NCBI GenBank assembly: GCA_964016885.1
Contig: OZ024747.1
Location: forward strand, 84,630,001-84,694,000
Source: Eledone cirrhosa
Lineage: Eukaryota
Reading direction: 5' to 3'
Length of the DNA stretch: 64,000 nt
Below are positions 27,286 to 44,602 of the stretch, one piece after another (within the stretch, counting starts at the first letter, position 1; every line of letters begins with the position of its first letter). The notes beneath the pieces were generated by a model. The model saw nothing but the letters and a program-made list of their open reading frames with translations. It was not told where the DNA came from and did no database searches. The position numbers and the translations under genes were made by a program.

Positions 27286-29451
27286 GTATATCTGAGGTTA
27301 ATGTTTCTCTTGTTGCTGTTGCTACTGCTATTACATTATATGTTTAAAATATTAAATGACTTGTAAATAACTGTCTGCTGCCAATTTCCATTGTACAAGT
27401 GAAGAAAAAGAAACCTTAGACACCATCAGCTACCAATAATAATATAACTTTGACATGCCCCCTCCCTTGCCCTCGAGTCTTATTGCTTAAGTATGTATGT
27501 TTCACTGATTTTCTTTCCACCCCACCCTCCTTTTCTTTCAAATGCACTTCCTTAGATACAGGAGGAATGTGATATGATATAATATTAGTACAGATTTGTT
27601 TCTATTATATTTTTTTTTAATCTTATTTCAACATCTCTTTGTCTAGATTGCTCTTGTTTTTATATCCATGTATATTGTATCTAGAAAATTTTCATTTACA
27701 ATTTTTCTAAATAGGCAAACACTTGTAATAAGATCCAACATCTCCAATTAAAGAAACAAGCTCATAACTCTATTGACAGTATTTTGCTTTATCTAAAATT
27801 TACTATTGCTGACTAAATGTTCTTACTTTGTATTGGTTCAGTATGTCTGAATAGAAGTACTTAGAAGTCTTTTCCCTTTCCATAGGTTAAAATTCTATTA
27901 CATGTTGGGCTATGTTATCTTTGTTTAGTGTACTTAAGTTAACAGGCACTCTTTGTTGAACATATTCCAAAAAACCATTTAAAATTTTGTTTTTACACTC
28001 TGACAGTCACCAATCTGGCTAACACCTCACTTAGAAAATGTATTGTGAGAGCATGAGATAAGAACAACATGCTGTTTCTGTTTTGTATTATGAATGGATT
28101 CAAACCTTAGTGTCTGTTGTCACAGCTGTTCTGTTTGTTCTTATTGACTTGCTCATTTCAATGAATATAAATCACATCCTATGTTTGTAAACCAGACATT
28201 CTTCATTTTTCTATGTTAATGCAGCTTGTATATATTTTGTCCCATATTGACATTGGTGCAATTGCTCAGTTACAATTTAGCTTTTTGCTTCTCTTATTTT
28301 TCTCACATCCACTAACAGGATTTGTTGTGGCAAAATCAACTTACTGATGTGTGTATTAGTTTAGTAGATCTTACAGCATAGTACTGCAACATAAAATGTA
28401 AATGTAATGAGTGACCAGAGGCTACAGTGTTGATGATCAAATGTAGACAATATAGGGTTTAAGAGGGCGCTTCAATCCAAACAAGTATGTGTTAACTTCT
28501 TCACAGTACACCCTGTAAATAGTTAGTGTTGGTGCCATAAGATACACTCTACCCATGCTGTAAAGTGGTTGGCATTAGGAAAGGCATCCGACATGCAGCC
28601 AAAGAAACGTGTGAAAAAGAAACAAGTAGGATGTCATCTGACCTGTCTAGTCTGGGAATGTGACTAGTCCAAACTATGCCAGCATGAAAAACTGATGTAA
28701 AACAGATGATATATCATTCCATCACTACATGCTGCCTGAACAATCACATATGTAGTCTTCCGTCTATAACTTATAAATTCCAAAATTTAATATAAACATC
28801 CTATTTCCATATATTTATTTCATGATTCCTATAAATGCCGAACCATTCATTTACCTCGCCATTTACCTCCCACACACATTACCCTCTTAGACCAATCAGA
28901 CCACAGCAATACAAAGATACCTTCACCCACTATCTGCTACTGCTACTGTCTTTTCTGTTCTTCTTGGTGATTTTCCTTTATTATGGACAGCCTGAAATGA
29001 TGGAGCAACCTTAAATATAAATCAACACATTTCCAGGCATCCATGCGAACCTTCTTTATTTCAAATCAGAAAGCCTACATCCAACACAACCCCTGCAAAT
29101 ATCCACCCCCATCTTCCACTTCTACCACTGACAGCAAATACCCAAACTTCAGAATTGGCACCATCGTGGGCATAATGAAAGGAAGAACAGGAGATGAAAT
29201 CTTCATGGTTATTTTAGTTTTGTAAAGTTTCGCTGTATTCTTATTACATTTTGGAGCTTTGATACGTATTGATTTGTTTTGATTACACATAAGGGAGGTT
29301 ATTGACCTCAAAAACAATGAAGCTGAGTCTTGATACTGGAAAATATTAACTGCTTTTTCTGTGAATATTATTCTCCTGTTTTTATATGCATTTTGCTAAG
29401 AATGTGAACATTTATATATTGTTATTGTTTGCAATTTTATAGCTAGGCATC

Positions 29452-29671
29452 TTTGTTACTATTAATTAATTGTTTCCACTATTGGCACAAGGCCAGCAAT
29501 TACCCAGTACATTACTGGTACTTTATTTTATCGACCCCGTAAGGATGAAAGGCAAAGTTAACCTCGGCGGGATTTGAACTCAGAATGGCAAGGGCCGTAA
29601 CTCTATGCGTCAAAGCATGGCGTCCGACCCTCTACTGCCAATTCACTGCCCATTTGTTACTATTAATTAAT
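29452..29671 (-). mobile_element. tRNA-derived SINE with TSD
   Basis: Nearly identical to the 10.5 kb copy; flanked by tttgttactattaattaat on both sides. Confidence 0.88.
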
Positions 29672-30577
29672 GAAACACAAAGAGGTGGTATAAGTTTCAG
29701 CTTGACAAGCAAAGATACTCAACCTTTTCATATCAACCCACCCAAAAGCAGTCCTGGTACTATGAACATTTTTAAGTTCCAAGTTAAAATAAAATTTTCA
29801 GACATAATTTAACAACTTTTTAAATTATACAACTATCATCTCGATAGTGGAATAATTAATTGTTTTAGTAAATCTCTCTGAATTCTTCATTAATAAATTC
29901 AAAGACAGTGCATTTCATTATAAATATGATAATCAAGGGATTATACATCATCATACTTTCTCACCAAAAAATATGAACAGTGCACAACTGGACCTCCGAG
30001 GAACCTCTTGGCAATAGCACATTTTTAATACAGCAATCACAAAGATAAGCCTTTCTCCTCCGGGGTCAGAAAAATGTTCACCTTCCCAAGCATACAATTA
30101 ACTTTTTCCAAAGCTCAGTACAGCTCTACTATCCAGTACAGTGTTGCTGCTACACATATAGACATAAAAAAGGCAACCTCACTCATTGGCATAAAGTTAC
30201 TCACCAACGCATTCCACCCTCTGGCCTATACATAGGCAATCTTCTTTGCCTCTTCTATTGTGGCCTCTAATCTTTCGTAATTACTGGTCTTGTGTCACCT
30301 TTACTTGGACACTTCTCAGTCATATCTCCTTTTCTCATCCCATATATTGCACCCCACTCTCTTCACAACTTACTAACTGCTCAGACAAGTCCTTTCTCTC
30401 TAGAACATTAAGTTAGCCTTCTAGAATTCCCTCCTTGCCTATACTTTACCTGTAACCACCAAGTTGCAATTTTCCAAGATTAATTGCATCAGTTACAGAG
30501 GTTCAGTGACCATGTAATGTTTTCATCAATCAGGAAGGGTAGACCTAGTTGTGTGAAATCCTTTCATTATCATGTGA

Positions 30578-30757
30578 ATTGGCAGTATCAGTAGAGGGTT
30601 GGACGCCATGCTTTCTAGTATAGTTACATCCCTTTACTGTCTAAGTTCAAATCCCGTCGAGGTTAACTTTACCTTTCATCCTTATGGGGTCGATAAAATA
30701 AAGTACCAGTAATGTACTGGGTAATTGCTGGCCTTGTGCTAGAAGTAGAAACAATTA
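30578..30757 (+). mobile_element. tRNA-derived SINE nested in a piggyBac MITE
   Basis: The SINE body lies between the MITE head (cctttcattatcat) and the MITE continuation (attatcatatatctaatgaaagacac...aagaggttaa). Confidence 0.8.
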
Positions 30758-31680
30758 TCATATATCTAATGAAAGACACTGGTTTTCAAATAACTTTGAA
30801 AATAATGAATTTGAAAGGATTTAGTGACATAACTTCTTCGTTGGTAAGCTGGTATTTGGAACTTAAAGGTTCTTACATAAAATCATGAATGTCATTAGAT
30901 ATAAAACAGTTTAAAACAAATAGCATTATATCATAGAACCAAGAGCAGTTTCAGCAAGTTTGGTATCAAGAGGTTAAAATATAATTGATATTACATTGAT
31001 TTGTGTGTATTTTGTCTAAACACCAAATACATCAAATAATAAAGACCATTGTCAAATGTTTACATTACAATAAACTGCTGAGAATGATGGCTAGATTCTA
31101 GATTCTGTGTTGAGGATGAATGAAAATGACTGGGTGAGAGGAGGGATAGAAATTAATATGGAAGGAAGTAGAGGAGTGGCTAAAGATGGAAGAGGAAATG
31201 AAAACCAGGAAGTCCAGAGGATAGGGCAAACTGGAGAAACTTGTCATGAGGCCTGCAAGGTTAACTCCTGCTTTAGTAGTGAAAATAACAATAAAACAAT
31301 GATTATTAAGGGTATATAAATACTGAATTCATAGAGAATTTAATTTAAACAGCTCTCTGTATTTGTTCTTGAGCATTGTTCTAAATATATCTGCATAATA
31401 CATATTATCTATTAAATACATGTCAATCAAAACTTAATCTCTTCTTGTTATGTTTAGTTGGTTAGATTTTTATCACGTCGGGTTTGTCTTGATTATTAAT
31501 GTGTTTACTTATATCCTGCAATTATAAACTTTGTTTTAAGTTGTTTTTTTAACTGTTAGCTTATTCATTCAAGGCAACAGTTCAGCATTATATATATTTA
31601 CAAACACGTTTGTGTGTGTATATATATATATCGATGAATATAGAAGGTTGGATTCCAATATATTCCTTTAATGTTACTCA

Positions 31681-31762
31681 ATTACATAATACAACATATT
31701 TCTATGGCTGGCTTATGTGACCAGATCAACTCAAGATAATCAGCAACGTCATCAGATGTAAT
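31681..31762 (-). ncRNA. Type I hammerhead ribozyme fold (probably Penelope-derived)
   Basis: Minus strand: AUUACAU-CUGAUGA-[46-nt imperfect stem II]-GAAA-UAU-GUU-GUA-U-U-AUGUAAU. Stem I is a perfect 7 bp, stem III is 4 bp including the core A-U, and the triplet is AUU. Confidence 0.65.
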
Positions 31763-31763
31763 G

Positions 31764-32010
31764 TTGTTATAGCTCACACCTATACAGGTTTAGCTGGCCT
31801 CCTTCAAGGTATATTTCGTTGGAGGTGCCTTGGGTGATTTTAATGATAGGGACCCAGTTCTATCATCTCATTTCTACAGCTGAGTAAACTGGAGCAACGT
31901 GAAATAAAGTGTCTTGCTCAAGGAAGCAACACATCACCCGGTCCGAGAATTCAACTCACAACCTTTCGATTGCAAGCCCAATGCTCTAACCACTAAGCCA
32001 TGCACCATCA
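31764..32010 (-). mobile_element. tRNA-derived SINE, third family, with 11-bp TSD
   Basis: A-box tggcttagtgg, B-box-like gagttgaattc, and core ccttgagcaagacactttatttcacgttgctccagtttactcagctg. TSD cagatgtaatg at 31753-31763 and 32011-32021. Relatives lie at ~21.05, 24.9, 26.5-26.64, 51.76-51.9 and 56.35-56.59 kb. Confidence 0.82.
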
Positions 32011-33019
32011 CAGATGTAATGACCATAAAAGGTTTTAAAGATTTGATTCAGTAATATCTACTGGCCTATAGCAAAATATAAACAAAGAATTGGTACAGAG
32101 GCAACCAGTGATGTGATCACTGTGATTCATAAGATATTTTTGTGTCATGCCCCAGTACATCTAAAATAAATTTGATGCTCCCCTCAGTATCAAACATTTT
32201 GGGTGTTAAAAAAAAAAAAGCTGTAATGTAAAATTTAGAAAAATTGCTTTCCCCCTCAGTGGTGCATGTACCACTATGTTCAGGATATAAACACCATTCA
32301 ATTTAAAAAGATTGTATGTGGTCTGTTTTTAAATAATTTTATATGTACCACTGCAGTGTTAAAAACTTATGATTGACATGTTTTTATTTTATTTATAACA
32401 TTAGTGATTTGAGATGTTTATTCATATTTGAATTAATATTTCATATCCCCCCTCCATCCTGTTCCTGTTGCATACATTTTTTTTTTGCACAAATGCTATA
32501 GTTAGTTAATCACTGGAAAATAGAAATTCAATAAATTTATTCAAATATTAATAAATGACATGAGGTTCACAAAGAGTCTGAGATTAGTCATGTAAGGCAG
32601 AATAAAACTAGGACTTGTTAGAAGTATCAATTTCATGCATTAATTGGGTTGAATATTGACTCAGAATTTACATATTTAGTAGAGATTTTGTGATAGTTTT
32701 GTTTGTTTTAAATTTTCCTAAATATGTTCACCTTGTGTAATATGTGTATATGCCTGCATGCAACACAGCAAATCACATTTTCAGGATTTTTATATTCAAA
32801 TGGATTATATATTGTATTATATTGTGTATACACCCACATAGAAACACATAAAAAATTCACACACATATGTACACACTGTACACAAAAAATACAGACACAT
32901 ATACAAACGTTCACGCTACCATGAATGATTTACGCACACGCACACGCACGGTTTACTAGCTCTATACGAATGTTTAAATTGCTTAAATAAATATACTTTG
33001 TATTGAGTTAGAAAGTATT

Positions 33020-33340
33020 CAGAGCTCAAGACTGAAAAACTTGACATTTGTAAAGTTTGAAGCTGAATTTATGAATAGAGTATGATGTTGTCTATTTCCT
33101 TGATGTGTGTAGTTCTTGATGGAAATTAGGTTGACTTGTCTCAATTGGAGAATGTTTTGTAGTTTATTGAGAAAGATGATATCATTTGCATAAGAATGTG
33201 TTTGACTGGAAGTAACAGCAGCCAGTCTTTGATGTAAAGACAACTTACTGATCCTAAGGGTATACCAGAAAATATGGGTTGGGAGTGTGCTCTCAACACA
33301 TGCTGTGGTGGGGCAATCTGACAAAAAACTTCAATCAAAA
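33020..33340 (-). mobile_element. Degraded LINE RT remnant
   Basis: GIPLGSV (GVPQGS-like) and HSYANDI (YADD-like) motifs occur in adjacent minus-strand frames. Confidence 0.55.
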
Positions 33341-34184
33341 AGATATGAGGTGTTGTTGGTAACCATGATCAAAGAATTTCCAGTCATAATCACTTGAGAT
33401 AACTAGGACTATATAACCTAATATACTGGGGGGCTTTAAGTAGATTGGGATTTGAAGGACATTTGGCTACTATTTTTAGCAGGTCAAACAACTAGTAGAG
33501 CAGATATGTAAACAATTTTGCTAAGTTTGTGTTTTGATACATTCAAAAATATTTTACAGATGAAGGAAAAGACCCAGTAATAAGATTCTTTAACCCTTTC
33601 ATTACCATATTTCTGATAAAATCACTAGGGGTGATTTTGAACAGGTTGGTATCAGTTTTTAAAACACATCATCGGAAATGGTTGTCCCCCACTTTCTTAA
33701 CCCTTTTGATACCAACCCAACCAAAACTGGCTCTAGTTCTTTGAAACAAAGCCACCCATTTTAAAAGGTTTCTATTTTGTTTTTACATTTGATGTCCTAG
33801 CCCATGCATGAAAAATACTATATTCTAGAAATATAAAGTGTGAAAGGTGTGTCAAGTACCTTTTGTAATATTTTATGACTCCATATTCTTAATTTCTCTT
33901 TTGAAAACTATAAATACATTTGAATTAGTTCAGTAGAAAATTAGTTAAAGCTACTTGGCCTATTAATTTGCTTCTGGTTATTAGTGACTCCTGCTAAAAT
34001 ATTTTATTACTCGTTATGTTTCAGTTGTCGGCTCCCTGCCAACCAACAGATTTACTTTGCTACCATCGTCATTACTACTGAGTGATTATTCTGGACAGAA
34101 ATAACTATCTATTGGGCTATTATTGGAAACAGGAAATTGATAATCAATAAATTTAGCTGATATTGGAAGTTGGGCAGAGACCAG

Positions 34185-34241
<57 letters not shown>

Positions 34242-37200
34242 GGCATCTGTTGAAACCAGCTTTGTACACTTGCTTGCTTAGACATCTATTTTATGGGGTT
34301 GCTTCTTCTGTCACTGTTTGATAACATCACTGCATCTGATTAACTAGAGAACTAAGACTAGTACTAGTTTCTCAAGGCCTACTGGATACTTTGTATATTG
34401 ATTTCTTAAACCTCAGATTTATAGGGAAGAATGAGATTGTTTGATGTTTGTGACTTTCTTAGAGGTCACAAGTAACATTGACTAAATTAAAATAATTACA
34501 ATCAGGAATTTCGAATTATATGGACTCAGTTCACTGGAAGACCATTTGTTCTTTTTATGCTTGTCAAATACTTACAAAACTCAGATGCTTTTGTTTTTTT
34601 TATCTTTTCTAATTATTTTTTTCTACCATAGCAATCATTAGATTGTTTTTGTTTTTCCTTGTGTATTTTAATATTTTATGAAAACTAAATATCTTAATAG
34701 CCATCAGTTTCTGAATGTTTTTCTTTGTTCCGTATACAATGTATGTTTTGTTGATAAATTGATATAGAGACTGTGTGGGACAAAGGTGTGATTTTGCTAA
34801 GTGAAATTGACTGTTCAATTTTTTTTTTTAGATTTTGGCTAAAATGAAAGCCTTCATCAACAGTACATTTATTACCATGTCTTATTTGAAAAAGTCCATG
34901 TCAGTGAGGTCCATTCACTAATCTGATTGACTATTTGTCACCTTTTCACTCTGTATTAATGGATATTTTTGTTGATAGGAATGACGCAAGCTTATGTTTT
35001 TGAGTTTGTTTTTCTTTTATTCTTTTCGGAATAAAAAACACCATGAATCATGCTGATTTTGAAACCTCTCATTAACATACACACATACACCCTCAAATAT
35101 ATATATATATATATTATAATAATAATAATAATAAATGTGAAGACTAAAATCCAAAGAGAGCGCAATAAGGATAAATATATATAAAAAACTATAGAGCAAA
35201 TAGTTTCAGAAGATCCTGTTAAGGGTGAAAGCAGCGATTCTTTACTTAAACTTCAATCTGTTATTTATATAAATATATATATATATATATATGGTACTTC
35301 TTGTATCAAACTTCATTGTATTTTTTATTTCTATTAGGATTTGAACACAGAACAAGATACTGTATAAAGCATCAAGTTAAATTCTCTACTTTCTACACCA
35401 ATTCTATTGGCCTAGATATAACAGAATGTTGTAAACATACTTTGCTTCCTAAATCCCCAAACTACTGGGAATGTTGTTTACTTAGCTGTTGTTTTTGCTA
35501 GCAGACAACTTGAAATTTCTCATTGTTTAAGTAGCCTAGTTTCATAACTTTTTGTTAGCTTCTTTTTTCTTCACACACACACATATATATATATATATAC
35601 ACACATACATATACACCTCTTGCATAAGTGTGGATGTGCACATGTACCTCCAAATACTGATGCACATTCATACATGCCTGTTTGTGTACATGTATTTATA
35701 AATTTCTCCTTTATCTCGGTGATAAGAAATCTAAATTCTCGTGAGAATAATGATGATTTATCTATTTTGGTCATAAAAACATTAATTTGCCTTCTCTTTT
35801 CATTCAACCCTGACCCGCATCCCCATTCCACCCCAAAAAAAAGAAACGAACTCCTCAATATTATCTTTCTCTTCCTCTTTTTTTAACTACCTAACATTAC
35901 ATATTTATGTTATTTTCTAGTTTTAGTTTGTACATATTTTTAATTATAGATCCACATTTAGTTTGTAGTTTTCAGGTCTAAGTTGTTTTGTCTCTGTGTG
36001 TTTTGCATGCCATACTGGGCATACACCACCCCGCACACACATGATATGCACAAACTATAATCTCCTGCTCATCAACAGGGCATGAGTTTATTTATTTCAA
36101 ATGCAATCCTTCAATTATGAAAGAAAGATTATAAGTATTTGACAGCTTGTGTTACCTAGAGGGGGTAGGTGTTGTAAAAATATAGTAACCATATTTAAGG
36201 GAAGCTGGGAAAAATTTAGAGAACTAGTACTTCTGTAGGCAGATTGTCTCATACCAGTGTGTGAAGAGTGATATTGCATGGTAGCAAATTGTGAGAAGTA
36301 AATGTAGAAGATATGTAAAGACTGAAAAGAAAGGAAACAAGTATGCTTCAGTGGATGTGTAATGTCAGTTTTTATGAATGACTTGAATACAGGTAAGTTG
36401 AAAGAAAAAAAATAAGCATTAGAGGAATCAGCCCTTAGGTGCAAGAGAGAAGACAGCAATAGTACAGACATGTGATGAATATTATATATGACAGTTTGAA
36501 GAAGGGTTGAACAGTCATGGTGAGAGTAATCTGTAGAGGGGAAAAAGGCATGGAAGAACTAGTGAAGGATGATCTCAGAATGCTGAACTTCATGAAAGAA
36601 ATGACAAGGGACTTCAGCAAGTGGAAAAATGCTATGAGTCAGCAAATACATCTAACCCATGCTAGCATGGATAAGCATACAAAAATATTTCAATTTTGGG
36701 AACTTGAAGTTTTGAAGGAGTCAGTTTCAACCCTATTGACACCTAACCACCTGAAACTGTTCTTAGTTCTGATACAGAACTGCTCTTTAGAAATTTTTGT
36801 TAATGTTTTAAATATCAACTTACTAATGAAAAACTTAACCAAATATTTGGAGAAATTTAATATGACTATTTTCAAAATGAATTGAAACCCCTAGGCAGTG
36901 TATTTCATTAGGAATATATGAAAAGGTTAAAGGAAGAAACCAATGTGAAGTACACCTTACAGTGGTCCTACTTGTTATTCAGAAAATTATTGCTGTGAGA
37001 GAAAACTATCAAAGATACCTTGTTTCAGTAGTTCAATTACTTTACCAAACACACACACTTATTCTTGTGCAGTAATAACTCCAAGAGAGCATTAAGGTTG
37101 CTTAACTCTTACATTACCATATTTATCATGGAAAATGATGCCTATGATTTTCAAATAATTTTGAGGGATCTAGTAATATAACTTTCTCATTATTAAAATG

Positions 37201-37500
37201 GTGTTTGGAATATACTGTATAGATGAGCCAATCTCCTATTTTATGCTTGGTAAATGGGCAAAAATCCAAACCCCATTTATAAACTAAGATAGTAATCAGC
37301 ACATTATATTTAGATGGCACAGTTTTGAAATTCTCATATGTGGAGATATATTTAACATTTCAATATTTAAAATGTTTTAAGTGTCATTTAGAGGATGTTT
37401 TTGTTTCACAACGCCATTATATAATGATTTCTTTTTACCAATTTCCAACTGTTTTGAAGGCCATCTTCATTCAAAACATAAAAAAAACAATAGAAATTTG

Positions 37501-37604
37501 ACCTCCAAAGTGAAACTATTATGATATTCACCTCCAAGGTGAAACTATTATGATATTCACCTCCAAGGTGAAACCAATGTAATATTCCTTTCCAAAGTGA
37601 AAAC
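37501..37604 (+). repeat. 29-bp minisatellite, ~3.5 copies, inside a probable Tigger/pogo-like MITE ending at ~37750
   Basis: Unit acctccaaggtgaaactattatgatattc at 37501, 37530, 37559 and (degenerate) 37588. Downstream terminus cggtttatatacgagtatgtatggta. Confidence 0.75.
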
Positions 37605-38816
37605 ATTTTAGCACTTCATTTACGTAGAATTTGAAATTGGTGAAAATTAGCAAAACATGTACCTCCAATATAAGCTGACCACCCCCTCTGAATTTTACCT
37701 TCAAGTTTTTTGTTACATATTTCTCGGTTTATATACGAGTATGTATGGTAATTAAAAAAATTATGATGGAAGTTTTGAGATAAATTTATATGCTTTAAAA
37801 TAAACAGCTTTGTATCGTGAACTTGACTGGTTTCAGGTGGTTTGGTTATAGAAAGGGTTAAGGGAGCATTATGAATGGAGGCATTCTTTAAGTGGTATTT
37901 GGTTTAATATTACTTCTTTAAAATGTTGTCAAATTCTTCAGGTTGGCTAATGCTGTGGAATAGGGAGTCATTGGAAAGTTTAGGGATGACTGCTATAGTG
38001 CATTTGTAGAAAACGTTTTATATGATTATAGTTGTATATTGTAGTAGTCGTGTTAGCCATTAAAAACTGACTCATGGTTGTGTGCTGCTTGTAAATGTCC
38101 CAAGTTTCCATTGTATCAATGTCCTCTTTTCAACTTCCCCTGTGATTAGAGAAAAATCTACATACAAACTGCCTATATTGGAATTCCTTCTGGAGATTTC
38201 CCAGAAATTAATTCTTTCATTCCCATATTTTTAACAAAATACTCTTCCTATGATTTTCAAGTAATTTGGAAGGATTTTGTAATATAACTCACATTCTCAT
38301 TATTTATTTGGTGTTTCGAGCATAACCTAACCTCAGTTCTTGCATAAAATTATGATGGAAGATTTTTTTAGATAAAATATAAACATTTAAAATAGTTTAG
38401 TATTGTAAGACCTAAGGAGCAACAGTCATGGTAGTTAAATTAATCCATTCACCAACCTTTAGTATCACTTAGCATTCACTACTATATTTCTAATGAAAGG
38501 ATTACTGTTTATGGTTTTGAAAATAGTAAAAAATTTGGAGAGATTTAGTTTTATAACTTAAACATAAAATTATGCTGAAAGATTTCTAGATAAATATAAA
38601 CACTTGAAAACAAACAATTGTAGAACCAAGGGCACTTTCAGGCAGTTTGGTATCATAAAGGTTAAACAACCACTTACAGAAACCCTGCGAGAGAATAGGG
38701 AGTCTACAAAGAAATCCCAGATTCTAAGAAAGCATAATACAATGTCTTTTACATGAAATTGAGGTTGAACTTCAATGAAAATGTAGATGTTTTGTTTATA
38801 AATTGTTGTAGTAACA

Positions 38817-39016
38817 NNNNNNNNNNNNNNNNNNNNNNNNNNNNNNNNNNNNNNNNNNNNNNNNNNNNNNNNNNNNNNNNNNNNNNNNNNNNNNNNNNNN
38901 NNNNNNNNNNNNNNNNNNNNNNNNNNNNNNNNNNNNNNNNNNNNNNNNNNNNNNNNNNNNNNNNNNNNNNNNNNNNNNNNNNNNNNNNNNNNNNNNNNNN
39001 NNNNNNNNNNNNNNNN
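38817..39016. other. Assembly gap (200 N)
   Basis: Run of N; the round size suggests a scaffolding placeholder. Confidence 0.99.
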
Positions 39017-40293
39017 AAAGACCCTCAACAGGATGATTCTTAACAGGATCCAGCCTGAGATGGAGAAGAAGCTCAGGGACAACCAGAACGGCTTCAGAGA
39101 GGGTAGATCAACCACCAGTCACATCCTGATGCTGAGGAGGATATTAGAGGGAGCTAGAGCAAAGTGCCTTCCTGCGGTCATGGTTTTCATTGACTTTAGG
39201 AAGGCCTTTGATTCTGTGGACCGTTACTGCCTGATGAAGATCTTACAGGCTTATGGAATCCCGAAGAGGATAGTGGACCTGATATCACTGCTCTACACCA
39301 ACACCAAAGCCCAAGTCATTACACCTGATGGGATGACAGAGTTCTTTGAGATACTGGCTGGAGTGCTCCAGGGAGATACATTGGCTCCCTACCTTTTTAT
39401 CATCGTAGTGGACTATTGTATGCGCCTTGCACTGGAGAAACACCAGGACTCTGGCTTTACTGTAGCACCGGCTCAGAGCAGGAGAGTTGGGGCGAAAAAG
39501 GTATCGGATGCTGAATTTGCCCGACGACATAGTTTTGGTGACAAATACAGTGAAGGAGGCAGAGGATTTGATGCGGGAGGTTGAGACTGTGTCGATGAGT
39601 GTGGGGCTGAGAATGAATGAGACTAAAACAAAATATCTGGTAGAGAATGTTGAGAAGCCAGAGGGGATCACTAATGTAGGCGGGAAGCCGCTGGAATTGG
39701 TTGAGGACTTCCTGTATTTGGGAGCAAAGATTGGGAATACGGAAGATGATGTGGTTGAGAGGAAGAGCAAGGCCTGGGCGGCGTGCCACAGCTTGAGATC
39801 GGTGTGGAAGTCGGACCTTCGTAGAGACCTGAAAATCCGCCTCTTCATTGCTGTAGTGGAGTCTGTGCTGCTGTGTGGGTCTGAGACTTGGACACTGACC
39901 AAGAGACTCACTCAGATGGTGGATGGGTGCTACACGAGAATGCTGAGGATGGCTCTGAACATTAATCAGTATACACTGAGGATGAAAAACTCAGAGCTGT
40001 ATGGGAGGCCTCCCAAAAGTCAGCTCAAAAGTGACACAGAGGAGACTGAGGTTGGCTGGACATGCTCACCGACATCCAGAGTTGACATTGCACTCAGTGC
40101 TCCTTTGGGGAGCCCCTACATGGACACACTGGATGAGGAAGACCAAGGTTAACATATGTTGATGCCCTAAGGACAGACACTGGTCTGTTGGAGCCGCAGG
40201 ACATGGGGCAGCGATAATGAGGGACAGAGACCGCTGGAGAGAACTCGTCCATGGATCTCGGGAATTTTACCCGCCTTAGATAGATAGATAGAT
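39017..40293 (+). mobile_element. RTE-clade LINE, RT and C-terminus, few disablements, (TAGA)n tail
   Basis: NQNGFREGRST, FIDFRKAFDSV, GVLQGDTLAPYLF, a frameshift at the F(A)DD motif, and LLCGSETWTLT. It ends with atctcgggaattttacccg plus tagatagataga; the 5' part is lost in the gap. Confidence 0.92.
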
Positions 40294-44367
<4,074 letters not shown>

Positions 44368-44602
44368 CATAAATCATGTCCTTAGAATTATTAGATAAAA
44401 TATATACCATTTCTTCTCCCAATTAGCATAATTAACCATATAAAAAACCAATTAGACCAGGCTATAAGAATAAAGGCTCCTCTGAAGAAATATTTGATAA
44501 ATAATTGAAAGCAGCCTCTTCGTGGTTGACCACAATAGAGTATTTACCCAACATTTCAACAGCATGTAGAAACTGACTAAATATACCGTCAACCATACAC
44601 AA

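Noticed and set aside
30995-31045. Hairpin with partial miR-190 similarity (tttgatgtatttggtg on the minus strand)
   Set aside because: The seed region does not match and the hairpin is short and AT-rich.
37501-37604. 29-bp direct repeats resembling a CRISPR array
   Set aside because: The units are contiguous with no spacers, there are no cas genes, and the context is eukaryotic.
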